The notes beneath the pieces were generated by a model. It made no database searches and was not told the DNA's origin. It worked only from the letters and a program-made list of their open reading frames with translations. Below are positions 32,934 through 40,714 of a stretch of 64,000 nucleotides of DNA, piece after piece. Position numbers and translations under genes: made by a program. Every line of letters begins with the position of its first letter. Within the stretch, counting starts at the first letter, position 1. This stretch comes from a virus (Duplodnaviria > Caudoviricetes): the IMG/VR virus record IMGVR_UViG_3300048851_000184, positions 8,388-72,387 of that record; one strand, given 5' to 3'.

Positions 32934-34069
32934 CGAGCGTGCAGTTTGAGCGCGTCGCATTGGCGCGCGCGCTTTCGATCGCGTCCAAGGTTGCGGGCTG
33001 GGCCGCGCCTGACTGGTTCCCCCCGCGCGCCGAGGGCATGAAGGCGATGCCCGGGCCGCCGCTGGTGGAGATCGTCGCGGCTGGAGGTCTCGCGACCATC
33101 CGGTCGGCCAACTTCCAGCGGGAGATCGTGGTCGAGGTGCCCGCCATGGGTGAGTGCCAGGCGATCGTCCCTGCGGCGATGCTCGGCGGCTGGGTGCATC
33201 GCGCGACCGGCGCCACCGTGCACATGCAGCTGACGGACGCTGAGGCGCTGTTCAACTGCGGCCGTCAGCGCATGACGCTCCGTAGTTCGCGGCGCCCCTA
33301 TGTCCCGGCTCGTACGCCCGCCGAGGTGCTGCGCGCACCGCTGTCGAAGGTGCGCAGCGGGTTCTCTGCCACGGTGGCGGTGCCGAAGGAGGGCGGCGAC
33401 CAGGTCGCCATGGGCGGGGTGCACATCCGCGGCACCGCCGAGGCCTTGGGCTTCTTCTCGACCGAGCACGGCCGGGCGCACGAGCAGATCGCGCCCGCGG
33501 CTGGTGGCGTCGCGCTGATCGTGCCGATCGAGGCCGTGAAGCTCTTTCTCGTGACGTTCGACGCCATGGAAGGGGAGGTGAGCATCCACGCGGACGGGCG
33601 CTCGGTCGCCTTTGCGGCTGGCGACATCCGCATCACCTCCGCGCTGATCGATGCGTCGCCCCTCAATGCCGAGCAGCAGTTCCGGACGGAGCGGAGCAAT
33701 GTCCTGCGCGCGACTGCCGACACGCTGCTCGCACACATCGAACTGGCGACCACGGTTTCCGACCCCCGACATCGCGAGTTCCAGCTTCGGCTTGGCGCCG
33801 CATGCGAGGTCCACGCGGCCAGCCAAGGCGGCAAGGACGACGCCACCGTCGCACTGGTGGCGAACTGGCTCGGCTCGCCCATGCGCGTCACCTTCGCGCT
33901 CCGCCCCGTGCGCGACGCGCTCCTGCTGTTCGGCAAGGAGCAGATCGAGTGGCGCATGGCCGGTCCGCTGGAGCCGACTGTCATCTCGTCGGTCGCCCAG
34001 CCCGACCTGCGCGCCCTCGTCGCACCGTTCCTCCCCACCACCGACCAGAAGCAGGCGAAGGCAGCATGA
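32930..34069 (+). CDS. Divergent DNA polymerase III beta-clamp-like protein (379 aa)
   Basis: Full DnaN-like length and recognisable pattern (ERVALARAL.., IVPAAML.., ALFNCGRQRMTL, F..RPVRDAL). Confidence 0.7.
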   Translation: MTSVQFERVALARALSIASKVAGWAAPDWFPPRAEGMKAMPGPPLVEIVAAGGLATIRSANFQREIVVEVPAMGECQAIVPAAMLGGWVHRATGATVHMQLTDAEALFNCGRQRMTLRSSRRPYVPARTPAEVLRAPLSKVRSGFSATVAVPKEGGDQVAMGGVHIRGTAEALGFFSTEHGRAHEQIAPAAGGVALIVPIEAVKLFLVTFDAMEGEVSIHADGRSVAFAAGDIRITSALIDASPLNAEQQFRTERSNVLRATADTLLAHIELATTVSDPRHREFQLRLGAACEVHAASQGGKDDATVALVANWLGSPMRVTFALRPVRDALLLFGKEQIEWRMAGPLEPTVISSVAQPDLRALVAPFLPTTDQKQAKAA

Positions 34070-34230
34070 ACTTCCGGAAGAAGGGCGACCTGATGGAGCT
34101 CGCAACTGCCATCGAGAACGGCGACAAGGTGGCGGCGCGCGCTGCCCTTGATCGGGTTTTCGCCAGCAACGTCGAAAAGACGGAGTGCATCGCGCAGGCG
34201 CGCGCCCTTGCGCGCCGGCGGACAGCATGA
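34066..34230 (+). CDS. Small hypothetical protein (54 aa)
   Basis: Coupled ORF. Confidence 0.5.
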   Translation: MNFRKKGDLMELATAIENGDKVAARAALDRVFASNVEKTECIAQARALARRRTA

Positions 34231-34484
34231 GCGAGCCGGAAAAGCGGCACGGCTCGCTGAGCGAGCGCCTGATGCGCGTCACCCTGCTCCAGAAGGCGCA
34301 GGAGTTCGTCGGCCAGGAGCGGCTGGCGGAGGGCATGGGCCTCGCCAGCCGCTCGCTCCGCGCGAAGCTGTCGATCGACCGGGGGCTGAGCGACGCCGAC
34401 CTGTTGGGCGCCGCATCTGCGGTCGAGGCGCGCGCGGCCGAACTGACGGCGTTCGCCGCGAAAATCCGGGAGCGGCTGGCGTGA
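34227..34484 (+). CDS. Small HTH-like protein (85 aa)
   Basis: GQERLAEGMGLASRSLRAKL HTH pattern. Confidence 0.6.
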   Translation: MSEPEKRHGSLSERLMRVTLLQKAQEFVGQERLAEGMGLASRSLRAKLSIDRGLSDADLLGAASAVEARAAELTAFAAKIRERLA

Positions 34485-34506
34485 AGCCGACGAACAGGGA
34501 TCCCGC

Positions 34507-34872
34507 GTGAAGCTTCCGCCGCTCCTTGAACGGCCGGTACAGCGCGCGCTGATCGACAGCTTCGCGTGGCAGGGCTGCCATGCCGTGCACGTGCCGAACG
34601 GCAGCCACCTCGCTGGCGGCCCGCTGTCGCGCGCCAAGCAGGTGGCCGCGCTGAAGGCGGACGGCATGCGCCCCGGCTTTCCCGACCTCACGGTGCTCGA
34701 CCAGCGCAAGCCGCGCGTCGGCTTCGTCGAGGTGAAGCGGGAAGGGTGGGACGACCTTGATCCCGACCAGGAGTGGTGGCGCGACGAGATCCAGCGGCTG
34801 GACCTGCCGTGGGCGCTTGCGAACCGTCCGGACCAGGCGCCAGAGATCCTGCGCGTGTGGGGGTGGCGATGA
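34507..34872 (+). CDS. VRR-NUC (PD-(D/E)XK) nuclease
   Basis: HVPNG, GMRPGFPDL, FVEVK, Q..W motifs. Confidence 0.88.
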   Translation: MKLPPLLERPVQRALIDSFAWQGCHAVHVPNGSHLAGGPLSRAKQVAALKADGMRPGFPDLTVLDQRKPRVGFVEVKREGWDDLDPDQEWWRDEIQRLDLPWALANRPDQAPEILRVWGWR

Positions 34873-35639
34873 GCGCGACCTCCTGCGGCTTCGACCTGAT
34901 CCGGGCCGCCTATGCTGCGGCTGGGCTGGACGAGCACGAGCGTGCCGTCCTTGTGCTGCTCGCCTTCATGGCAAACGATGATCGCCAGGCGTGGCCCTCT
35001 ATCGCCTACATCGTCGAGAAGACGGGCAAGGGCGAGCGCACCGTTCAACGTGCGATCAAGCGACTGGTGGAGGGTGCACACCTGTCGCGGCGCCAGCGTC
35101 GACACGACACCGCTGTCTATGTTGTGCACCCGCAGGCTATCCCGGAAGCCGTCAACGATCCCAAACCCGTCAGTGGGACGGGCGTCGGACTGACGGGCGT
35201 CAGCGGTACGCCCGTCAGTGAGGACGTTAAGACCCGTCCCACAGACACCCTAATAGCCAAGAACAACCAACCCTCTCCGGATGCTTCGCATCCTGCGAGG
35301 TCCCGCAAGGCGCCAGCGGATCAGCGTGCGCAGCGGCTGGCTGACGATTGGGCACCGGAAGCTTTTCCCCAAGGCAGTGCAGCGGCCGACGCAACCGCCG
35401 GTTGGCCGCCGGGGATGCTCGACCGGGAACTGTCCAAGTTCCGCGACTACTTCCGGGCCCAGCCCGGAGCGAAGGGTCGAAAGACCGACTGGCAAGCAAC
35501 CTTCCGAAACTGGGTGATCCGGGCAGATGAGCAGCAGCAACGAAATCGCAGTCCGCGAGGACATTGGTCGGACCGGAGCCGCTATCGCGACCCGCTCCTC
35601 GATCGCTATGTTGGAGGCGGAGATCCCGGCCTGGGTTGA
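34869..35639 (+). CDS. Phage replication initiator (N-terminal winged HTH)
   Basis: VLVLLAFMAND..AWPSI..I..KTG..ERTVQRAI..L and C-terminal KTDWQATFRNW. Confidence 0.85.
   Translation: MSATSCGFDLIRAAYAAAGLDEHERAVLVLLAFMANDDRQAWPSIAYIVEKTGKGERTVQRAIKRLVEGAHLSRRQRRHDTAVYVVHPQAIPEAVNDPKPVSGTGVGLTGVSGTPVSEDVKTRPTDTLIAKNNQPSPDASHPARSRKAPADQRAQRLADDWAPEAFPQGSAAADATAGWPPGMLDRELSKFRDYFRAQPGAKGRKTDWQATFRNWVIRADEQQQRNRSPRGHWSDRSRYRDPLLDRYVGGGDPGLG
35166..35270. repeat. Putative replication origin iterons inside the initiator gene
   Basis: CCCGTCAGTG x2, GACGGGCGTC x2, inverted pair 35189-35200/35208-35219, then A-rich tract. Confidence 0.65.
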
Positions 35640-36189
35640 CCTGGGCGAGCTCGATGCCAGCTTCCCCCACGGCTACGGCCGGCCGATCCCGGCTGGCGCC
35701 GCGCCGGCGCTGCTGATCGCCGCGGAGAAGCACCGGTCCGCGATGGTGCCAGCCGCCCCAGCCGAACGCCACGCCGTGCTGATGGGGCTGCGGTCCGGCA
35801 CGATCCTCCGAGACGAGGATGCGGACGAGGCCGAGGCTACGGTGAAGCTGCTGCGCGTCCACCTCGACGACGTGCCGCTCGACATCCTTCAAGCTGCGTG
35901 CCGCGCCTACTGCAATGCTCCTGGCCGCCGGTTTTTCCCACGCTCGGCTGGTGAACTGCGGACCTTCATCTCGCCGCTGCAGTACCAGCGCCAGGCGCGT
36001 GCGGTCCGGCTGGAGCGGCTGGCAGCCGAGGCGAAGAAGGCCGACGCGAGGCGGGCGGAACTCGAAGGCGACCCGCTGACCCCGGAGGCTATGCGCGAGA
36101 TCCTCGCTGCCGCCGGGGAACGCGCCCGGGCTCGGCTGTTGCCGCTGATTCCTAGCGCAGGCTCTCAGCAGCACAGCGAGGCGGCGTGA
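35527..36189 (+). CDS. Putative helicase-loader-position protein (220 aa)
   Basis: Follows initiator; L.DVP.DIL..AC..Y..FFP..GELR pattern. Confidence 0.6.
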   Translation: MSSSNEIAVREDIGRTGAAIATRSSIAMLEAEIPAWVDLGELDASFPHGYGRPIPAGAAPALLIAAEKHRSAMVPAAPAERHAVLMGLRSGTILRDEDADEAEATVKLLRVHLDDVPLDILQAACRAYCNAPGRRFFPRSAGELRTFISPLQYQRQARAVRLERLAAEAKKADARRAELEGDPLTPEAMREILAAAGERARARLLPLIPSAGSQQHSEAA

Positions 36190-36779
36190 TGGGTGGAAGG
36201 CCTCCGCGCGGCTTGGCCGCTGGCGATCCGCGCCCGGAACTCGAGACGGCCGATGGGGTCGGCGGACGGCTGCGCGTCGTCGAGCTGCCGAAGCTCTGTA
36301 ACAGCCAGGCGGCGATGACCGCTGCATATCGGGCGTCAATGATCCTGATCGAGCAAGGCTGGATGCGGTACCCGGCCGCGCGTTGGGACCAGCCGGCCAT
36401 TGCGGTGATGGACGGCGCAACCTGCGTAGCCGGCGTCAGCTTCAGTGAGGATCGAGACGAGCGGGCGTTCAGTGTGGACTTTGCCTTCTCGGACCCGGCC
36501 CATCCGGTTGCGTTCACGCTCCTCCTTCAGCGCATCCGGAGCAAGGTGGTGGGCGGTGACTTCGACGAGGTCCGGTTCGCTTGCCACGAAGGCAACGAGC
36601 CGATGCGCCGGGCTGTCAACATCCTGGGCGCCCGGGTCTTCAGCCACAGCTATCGGATGCCGGTGGCGGCCTTGTCGCGGTCCTCGCGCCCGCCGCCGCC
36701 CGTGGCACAGAGGTCTGCCCCAGGGGAGTGGGACGTGCGGGGCGAGGCGGATCAACGTAACAAGCGGGGGTGGAAGTGA
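36186..36779 (+). CDS. Degenerate GNAT-fold protein
   Basis: AIAVMDG..VAGVSF, VDFAFSDP, CHEGNEPMRRAV..LG. Confidence 0.5.
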   Translation: MMGGRPPRGLAAGDPRPELETADGVGGRLRVVELPKLCNSQAAMTAAYRASMILIEQGWMRYPAARWDQPAIAVMDGATCVAGVSFSEDRDERAFSVDFAFSDPAHPVAFTLLLQRIRSKVVGGDFDEVRFACHEGNEPMRRAVNILGARVFSHSYRMPVAALSRSSRPPPPVAQRSAPGEWDVRGEADQRNKRGWK

Positions 36780-37387
36780 TGGCGTTGGAGAACGGGGAGC
36801 GCGCACGCGAGGAGCGCTGGTGCATCCTGCGGACGCACGGCGGCAGAACCCTGCCACTTGCCCGCTCGCTCGCGGACGCGGGCATTCTTGCGTGGACGCC
36901 GGTGGAGCATGTGCGCCGGCGCATCCCGCGATCGAGGGAGAAGGAGCGAGAGTTCCGACCCGTTCCCTACCTTCCGACCTATGTGTTCGCCCCGGCCGCT
37001 GACCTGGGCGAACTTCGGCGTCTGGAGGTGGCGGAGGAAAGCGGGCATCCAGCCTTCTCCATCTTCCGCCACTACGGCGCATCGGTGCTGGTGCCGGAGG
37101 CTGAGATCGCATCCCTGCGCCAGCGGGAGGCCGAGAGCAGGCGCCGCATGGAGCAGAGCCTGGACGCTCAGGAGCGGCATGGACGACCGCTGAGGGAGCG
37201 CGCCGTGCCCTATGCGCGCGGCTCTGAGGTTGCCGTGGAGGAGGGCGCATTCGCCGGCCTGTCGGGCATTGTCGAGGAGAGCGACGGCCGGCACACGCTG
37301 CTCCTGTTCGGCACCCACCTGCGCGTGACGATTGAGACTTCCACATTGCGGGGGAATGCTGTAGCAGAGCCGTCATCTGCTGACTGA
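36779..37387 (+). CDS. NusG-family late antiterminator (NGN plus KOW)
   Basis: WCILRT..G..L, P.LPTYVF and G.EV.V.EGAFAGL.G.V. Confidence 0.85.
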   Translation: MALENGERAREERWCILRTHGGRTLPLARSLADAGILAWTPVEHVRRRIPRSREKEREFRPVPYLPTYVFAPAADLGELRRLEVAEESGHPAFSIFRHYGASVLVPEAEIASLRQREAESRRRMEQSLDAQERHGRPLRERAVPYARGSEVAVEEGAFAGLSGIVEESDGRHTLLLFGTHLRVTIETSTLRGNAVAEPSSAD

Positions 37388-37555
37388 TCAGCCCAGACGA
37401 GCGATGCGCCGGCGTAAGCGCCACTGCCCTCGTCATCATGACCGACCGGTGAGGGCGCCTATGCGGCGCTTGGCCGGGAGTCCGGCAGGCTACCTGAAAT
37501 CCAAGACGCGAGCCGGTTTAGCGGCTCGCCTGCGCAGCGCGGTCTGGAGGTGCGG

Positions 37556-37780
37556 ATGTCGGGCACGTCGCTCACCCCGTCAGATCGGCTGCGCAACCTT
37601 GCGGGTGAGATCGAGACGCTAGCGGACGCCATGGAGCAGCCCTCGCGCACGACTGCCCGCGCGGACATGCTGATCGCCGAGTGCGAGCGTATCGCCGCCG
37701 ACGTGCGTGCGGTGGTGCGGGGCAGGGCCCGGCCTTCGGCTCGGCCGCTGTGGCATCGTGGAGGACAGGCGGCTTGGTAA
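37556..37780 (+). CDS. Small helical protein (74 aa)
   Basis: ggagg RBS. Confidence 0.6.
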   Translation: MSGTSLTPSDRLRNLAGEIETLADAMEQPSRTTARADMLIAECERIAADVRAVVRGRARPSARPLWHRGGQAAW

Positions 37781-37905
37781 GCGCCGCGATCGCGGGCTCG
37801 GAGTATTTCAGCCGTGAGGCCTAACCCTCGCACCTAGACCGATTTTCGACCCTCCGACCTTCGGCGCGACCCATCATCCCACATGGTGGGACCGCCCCCC
37901 CCCTT

Positions 37906-37951
37906 GGGTCCTTCCGGCGCCGCAGGGTAATACGGGGGGCAAAGGCGCAAC
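37906..37951 (+). other. Predicted cos site (cosQ plus cosN)
   Basis: GGGTCCT (37906-37912) then TACG followed by GGGGGCAAAGGC (37935-37946), just upstream of the terminase genes as in lambda. Confidence 0.7.
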
Positions 37952-38044
37952 TTCCGTCTAGGCGCGAAATTCCACATGGGTGCCGCCGCCTTGACACGAA
38001 ATCTGGCGGTTTTCGGCCGTTTTCGGGCGTGTGGAGGCGGCATT

Positions 38045-38560
38045 TTGGCGATCGACACCGAAACGCTCACCCGGGCTGACGTCGCGTGGCTTGTCGGCAT
38101 GTCGGACAGCTGGGTTCGGGACCGGATGCAGGCAGGCGAACTGCCGCGGCCGGGCACGACGGCGGAGGAATACGTCGAGGCATTCGTCTCGTATCGGCTC
38201 CGCAAATTGGAGCGCGTCATTGCCGACCTCAATGAAGGCGGCGGCATGCTCGACAAGGAGCAGGAGCAGGCGCGGCTTGCGAAAGAGCAGGCCGATGCCA
38301 AGGCGATGGACAATGCCGAGCGGCGGCAGGAACTCGCCTCGTTGCCCGACATGGTGGCCGCCGGCGCTGGCGTGATCGTCATGATCGTGGCGCAGCTCCA
38401 GCAGGTCGGCGCCCGCGTCGCCAAGGGCGACACCAAGCTTCGCGCTCGCATCGACGCCGAGATCAACAACGTCCTCACCGACTTGAGCATGGCCCGGATT
38501 GAGGAGGCGCGCGGCGGGGGCTTCGATGACAGCGAGCCCGAAGAAGAAGGGGGCGATTGA
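38045..38560 (+). CDS. Terminase small subunit (Nu1-like)
   Basis: TTG start with ggagg RBS; N-terminal HTH, EQARL.KEQAD coil. Confidence 0.85.
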   Translation: MAIDTETLTRADVAWLVGMSDSWVRDRMQAGELPRPGTTAEEYVEAFVSYRLRKLERVIADLNEGGGMLDKEQEQARLAKEQADAKAMDNAERRQELASLPDMVAAGAGVIVMIVAQLQQVGARVAKGDTKLRARIDAEINNVLTDLSMARIEEARGGGFDDSEPEEEGGD

Positions 38561-40508
38561 GCCCTACGAGGCGCCCGGCGCGCATGGTGTAGCGCTCGCC
38601 CGTGCGTGGCTGGCCGCGTGCAAGCCTCGCGAGCGGCCGCCGCTGTCGAAGTTCATGGTCGAGCATGCGCGTTCCGACGACGGTGCGCGCATCCGGCCGT
38701 TCCCGTTCCAGGCGGACATCGCCGACGCGTTCACGGATCCGGAGACGTCGCAGCTGTCGGTGCGGAAGAGCAGCCGCATTGGTTACTCGACCATCCTGCA
38801 ATGTTTCGTCGCATGGCGCATCAAGTTCGACCCGGCTCGCACGCTGATCTACCAGCCGACGATCGACGACGCGGAGAAGTTCAGCCGCGACGATCTAGAT
38901 CCGGTTCTGCAATGGCCGGTGGTCCGCTCGGTTGCCACGTTCAAGCCGAGGCACGCTGACAACCAGATCCGGGCGAAGCGCTATAAGGGCGGCTGGATCC
39001 AGATCAAGGGCGCCAACAGCCCCAAGGAGTTCAGGCGCGTCACCTCTGACGACGTCTTCCTCGAGGAATGTGACGGATACCCCTGGGCGTCGAAGGAAGA
39101 AGGCGACCCCGCGCGGCTGGCGTACAAGCGCAACCTGACGTCGCCGCGCCGGTTCAGCGCAGCTGGTTCGACGCCGAAGGTGAAAGGCTTCAGCCGGATC
39201 GACCTGCTGTTCGAGCAGGGCAGCCAGGAATATCGATACGTCCCCTGTCCACACTGCGGCGAGATGCAGCAGCTCGTGTTCGGCGACGGTACCGGCGCCG
39301 GCATCCGGTGGGAGCCGAAGGAGAACCCGACCCGCGCCTGGTACCGGTGCATCAACGGCTGCGACATCGACGAAGCTGACAAGCCGGCGATGGACGAGGC
39401 GGGGGAGTGGCGGGCGCACAATCCGGATGCTTTCCCGCGCCACCGCTCGTTTCACATCTGGGCAGCGTACAGTCAGCACCCCGGCGCCGCATGGCTGGAG
39501 ATCGCGCGCGAGTTCCTGGAGGTTCGCAAGGACCCGAACCTGCTCCGCACGTTCGTTAATCAGGTGCTGGGCGAGGCATGGGCCGAGCGCGGTGAGGCTC
39601 CGGAATGGCAGCGCCTCTACGATCGCCGGGAGAAGGCGATGCGGCTTGGAACGCCCTCGGCGAAGGCCGGGTTGCTGGTCGGCGCTGCCGACGTGCAGCG
39701 CGGCGGTGGCGGCCGCATCGACCTGGACATCTGGGCGTTCGGGCCAAGCGGCCGCCGCGAGTTCGTGGAGCGCATCGAGGTCTTCGGATCGATCTCGGAC
39801 AAGGCGACCTGGGCGAAGCTCGACGCGGAGGTCGCGCGGACTTGGACCAGTGAGGACGGCCGCAACATGCGGCTGGCGCGTGTCGCGATCGATTCCGGCG
39901 ACGGCGAGAATACCATGGAGGTCTACGGGTGGGCCCGTCGCCACCCCGGGTTCGTGATGGCCGTCAAAGGTCGGCACATGATCACGGCCAACCAGCCGAT
40001 CGGCTCGCCGACGTGGCAGGACGTCACCGTCAACGGCCGCAAGATGAAGCGCGGCGTTCGGCTCTGGAATATCGGCACCTCGATGCTGAAGCTCGAGCTC
40101 TTCGGCGACCTGGAGAAGGAGAAGCCGGTCGATGGCGAGGAATACCCGGACGGGTATGTCTTCCTGCCCGACGGCACGACGGACGAGTGGATCAAGCAGC
40201 TCGTCGCCGAGGAACTCCGGATCATCCGGCAGCGCAACGGCGGCTTCCGGCGAGAGTGGCACAAGAACCGGGACCGGAACGAGGCGCTGGATAACGCCGT
40301 CTACGCCCGAGCCGTCGCATTCTCACTCGGCGTTGACCGGTGGACGCCGGCCCAGTGGGCTCTGCTGCTGGAAAAGCCGCCCGAGGCGCGAACGCCGAAG
40401 GCCGCCGCAAAGAAGCCGGCGCCTGCGAAGCGAACTGCAGTCGTGCCGAAGAAACCGCCACCGGCTCCGAAGCCGCCCAGCAACTGGCTGAACCGAAGGG
40501 GGCGCTGA
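38526..40508 (+). CDS. Terminase large subunit (GpA family)
   Basis: VRKSSRIGYS Walker A, FLEECD Walker B, STP, CPHC..C zinc site, RNEALD..VYA. Confidence 0.95.
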   Translation: MTASPKKKGAIEPYEAPGAHGVALARAWLAACKPRERPPLSKFMVEHARSDDGARIRPFPFQADIADAFTDPETSQLSVRKSSRIGYSTILQCFVAWRIKFDPARTLIYQPTIDDAEKFSRDDLDPVLQWPVVRSVATFKPRHADNQIRAKRYKGGWIQIKGANSPKEFRRVTSDDVFLEECDGYPWASKEEGDPARLAYKRNLTSPRRFSAAGSTPKVKGFSRIDLLFEQGSQEYRYVPCPHCGEMQQLVFGDGTGAGIRWEPKENPTRAWYRCINGCDIDEADKPAMDEAGEWRAHNPDAFPRHRSFHIWAAYSQHPGAAWLEIAREFLEVRKDPNLLRTFVNQVLGEAWAERGEAPEWQRLYDRREKAMRLGTPSAKAGLLVGAADVQRGGGGRIDLDIWAFGPSGRREFVERIEVFGSISDKATWAKLDAEVARTWTSEDGRNMRLARVAIDSGDGENTMEVYGWARRHPGFVMAVKGRHMITANQPIGSPTWQDVTVNGRKMKRGVRLWNIGTSMLKLELFGDLEKEKPVDGEEYPDGYVFLPDGTTDEWIKQLVAEELRIIRQRNGGFRREWHKNRDRNEALDNAVYARAVAFSLGVDRWTPAQWALLLEKPPEARTPKAAAKKPAPAKRTAVVPKKPPPAPKPPSNWLNRRGR

Positions 40509-40714
40509 TGGCCTACACGCAAAGCGACCTGGACGCCCTCAGCAAGGCGATCATCGGCGGCATCAAGAGCGTCACCTATGCCGATGGCCGCCGTGTCGAA
40601 TACCAGACGCTTGCCGACATGCGGGCGCTGCGCGACGACATGAAGGAGGAGATCGCCGCAGGTCTGCGCTCCCGCCAGCTGCGCACGACCGTTGGCCGGG
40701 TGATCCGCCGATGA
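40508..40714 (+). CDS. Head-tail adaptor (gpW-like, 68 aa)
   Basis: AI..G.KSVTYADGRRVEY motif between terminase and portal. Confidence 0.8.
   Translation: MAYTQSDLDALSKAIIGGIKSVTYADGRRVEYQTLADMRALRDDMKEEIAAGLRSRQLRTTVGRVIRR

Noticed and set aside
25962-36779. Cupin, methyltransferase and GNAT as one DNA hypermodification pathway
   Set aside because: The genes lie in different operons and no kinase, glycosyltransferase or nucleotide-pathway genes accompany them.
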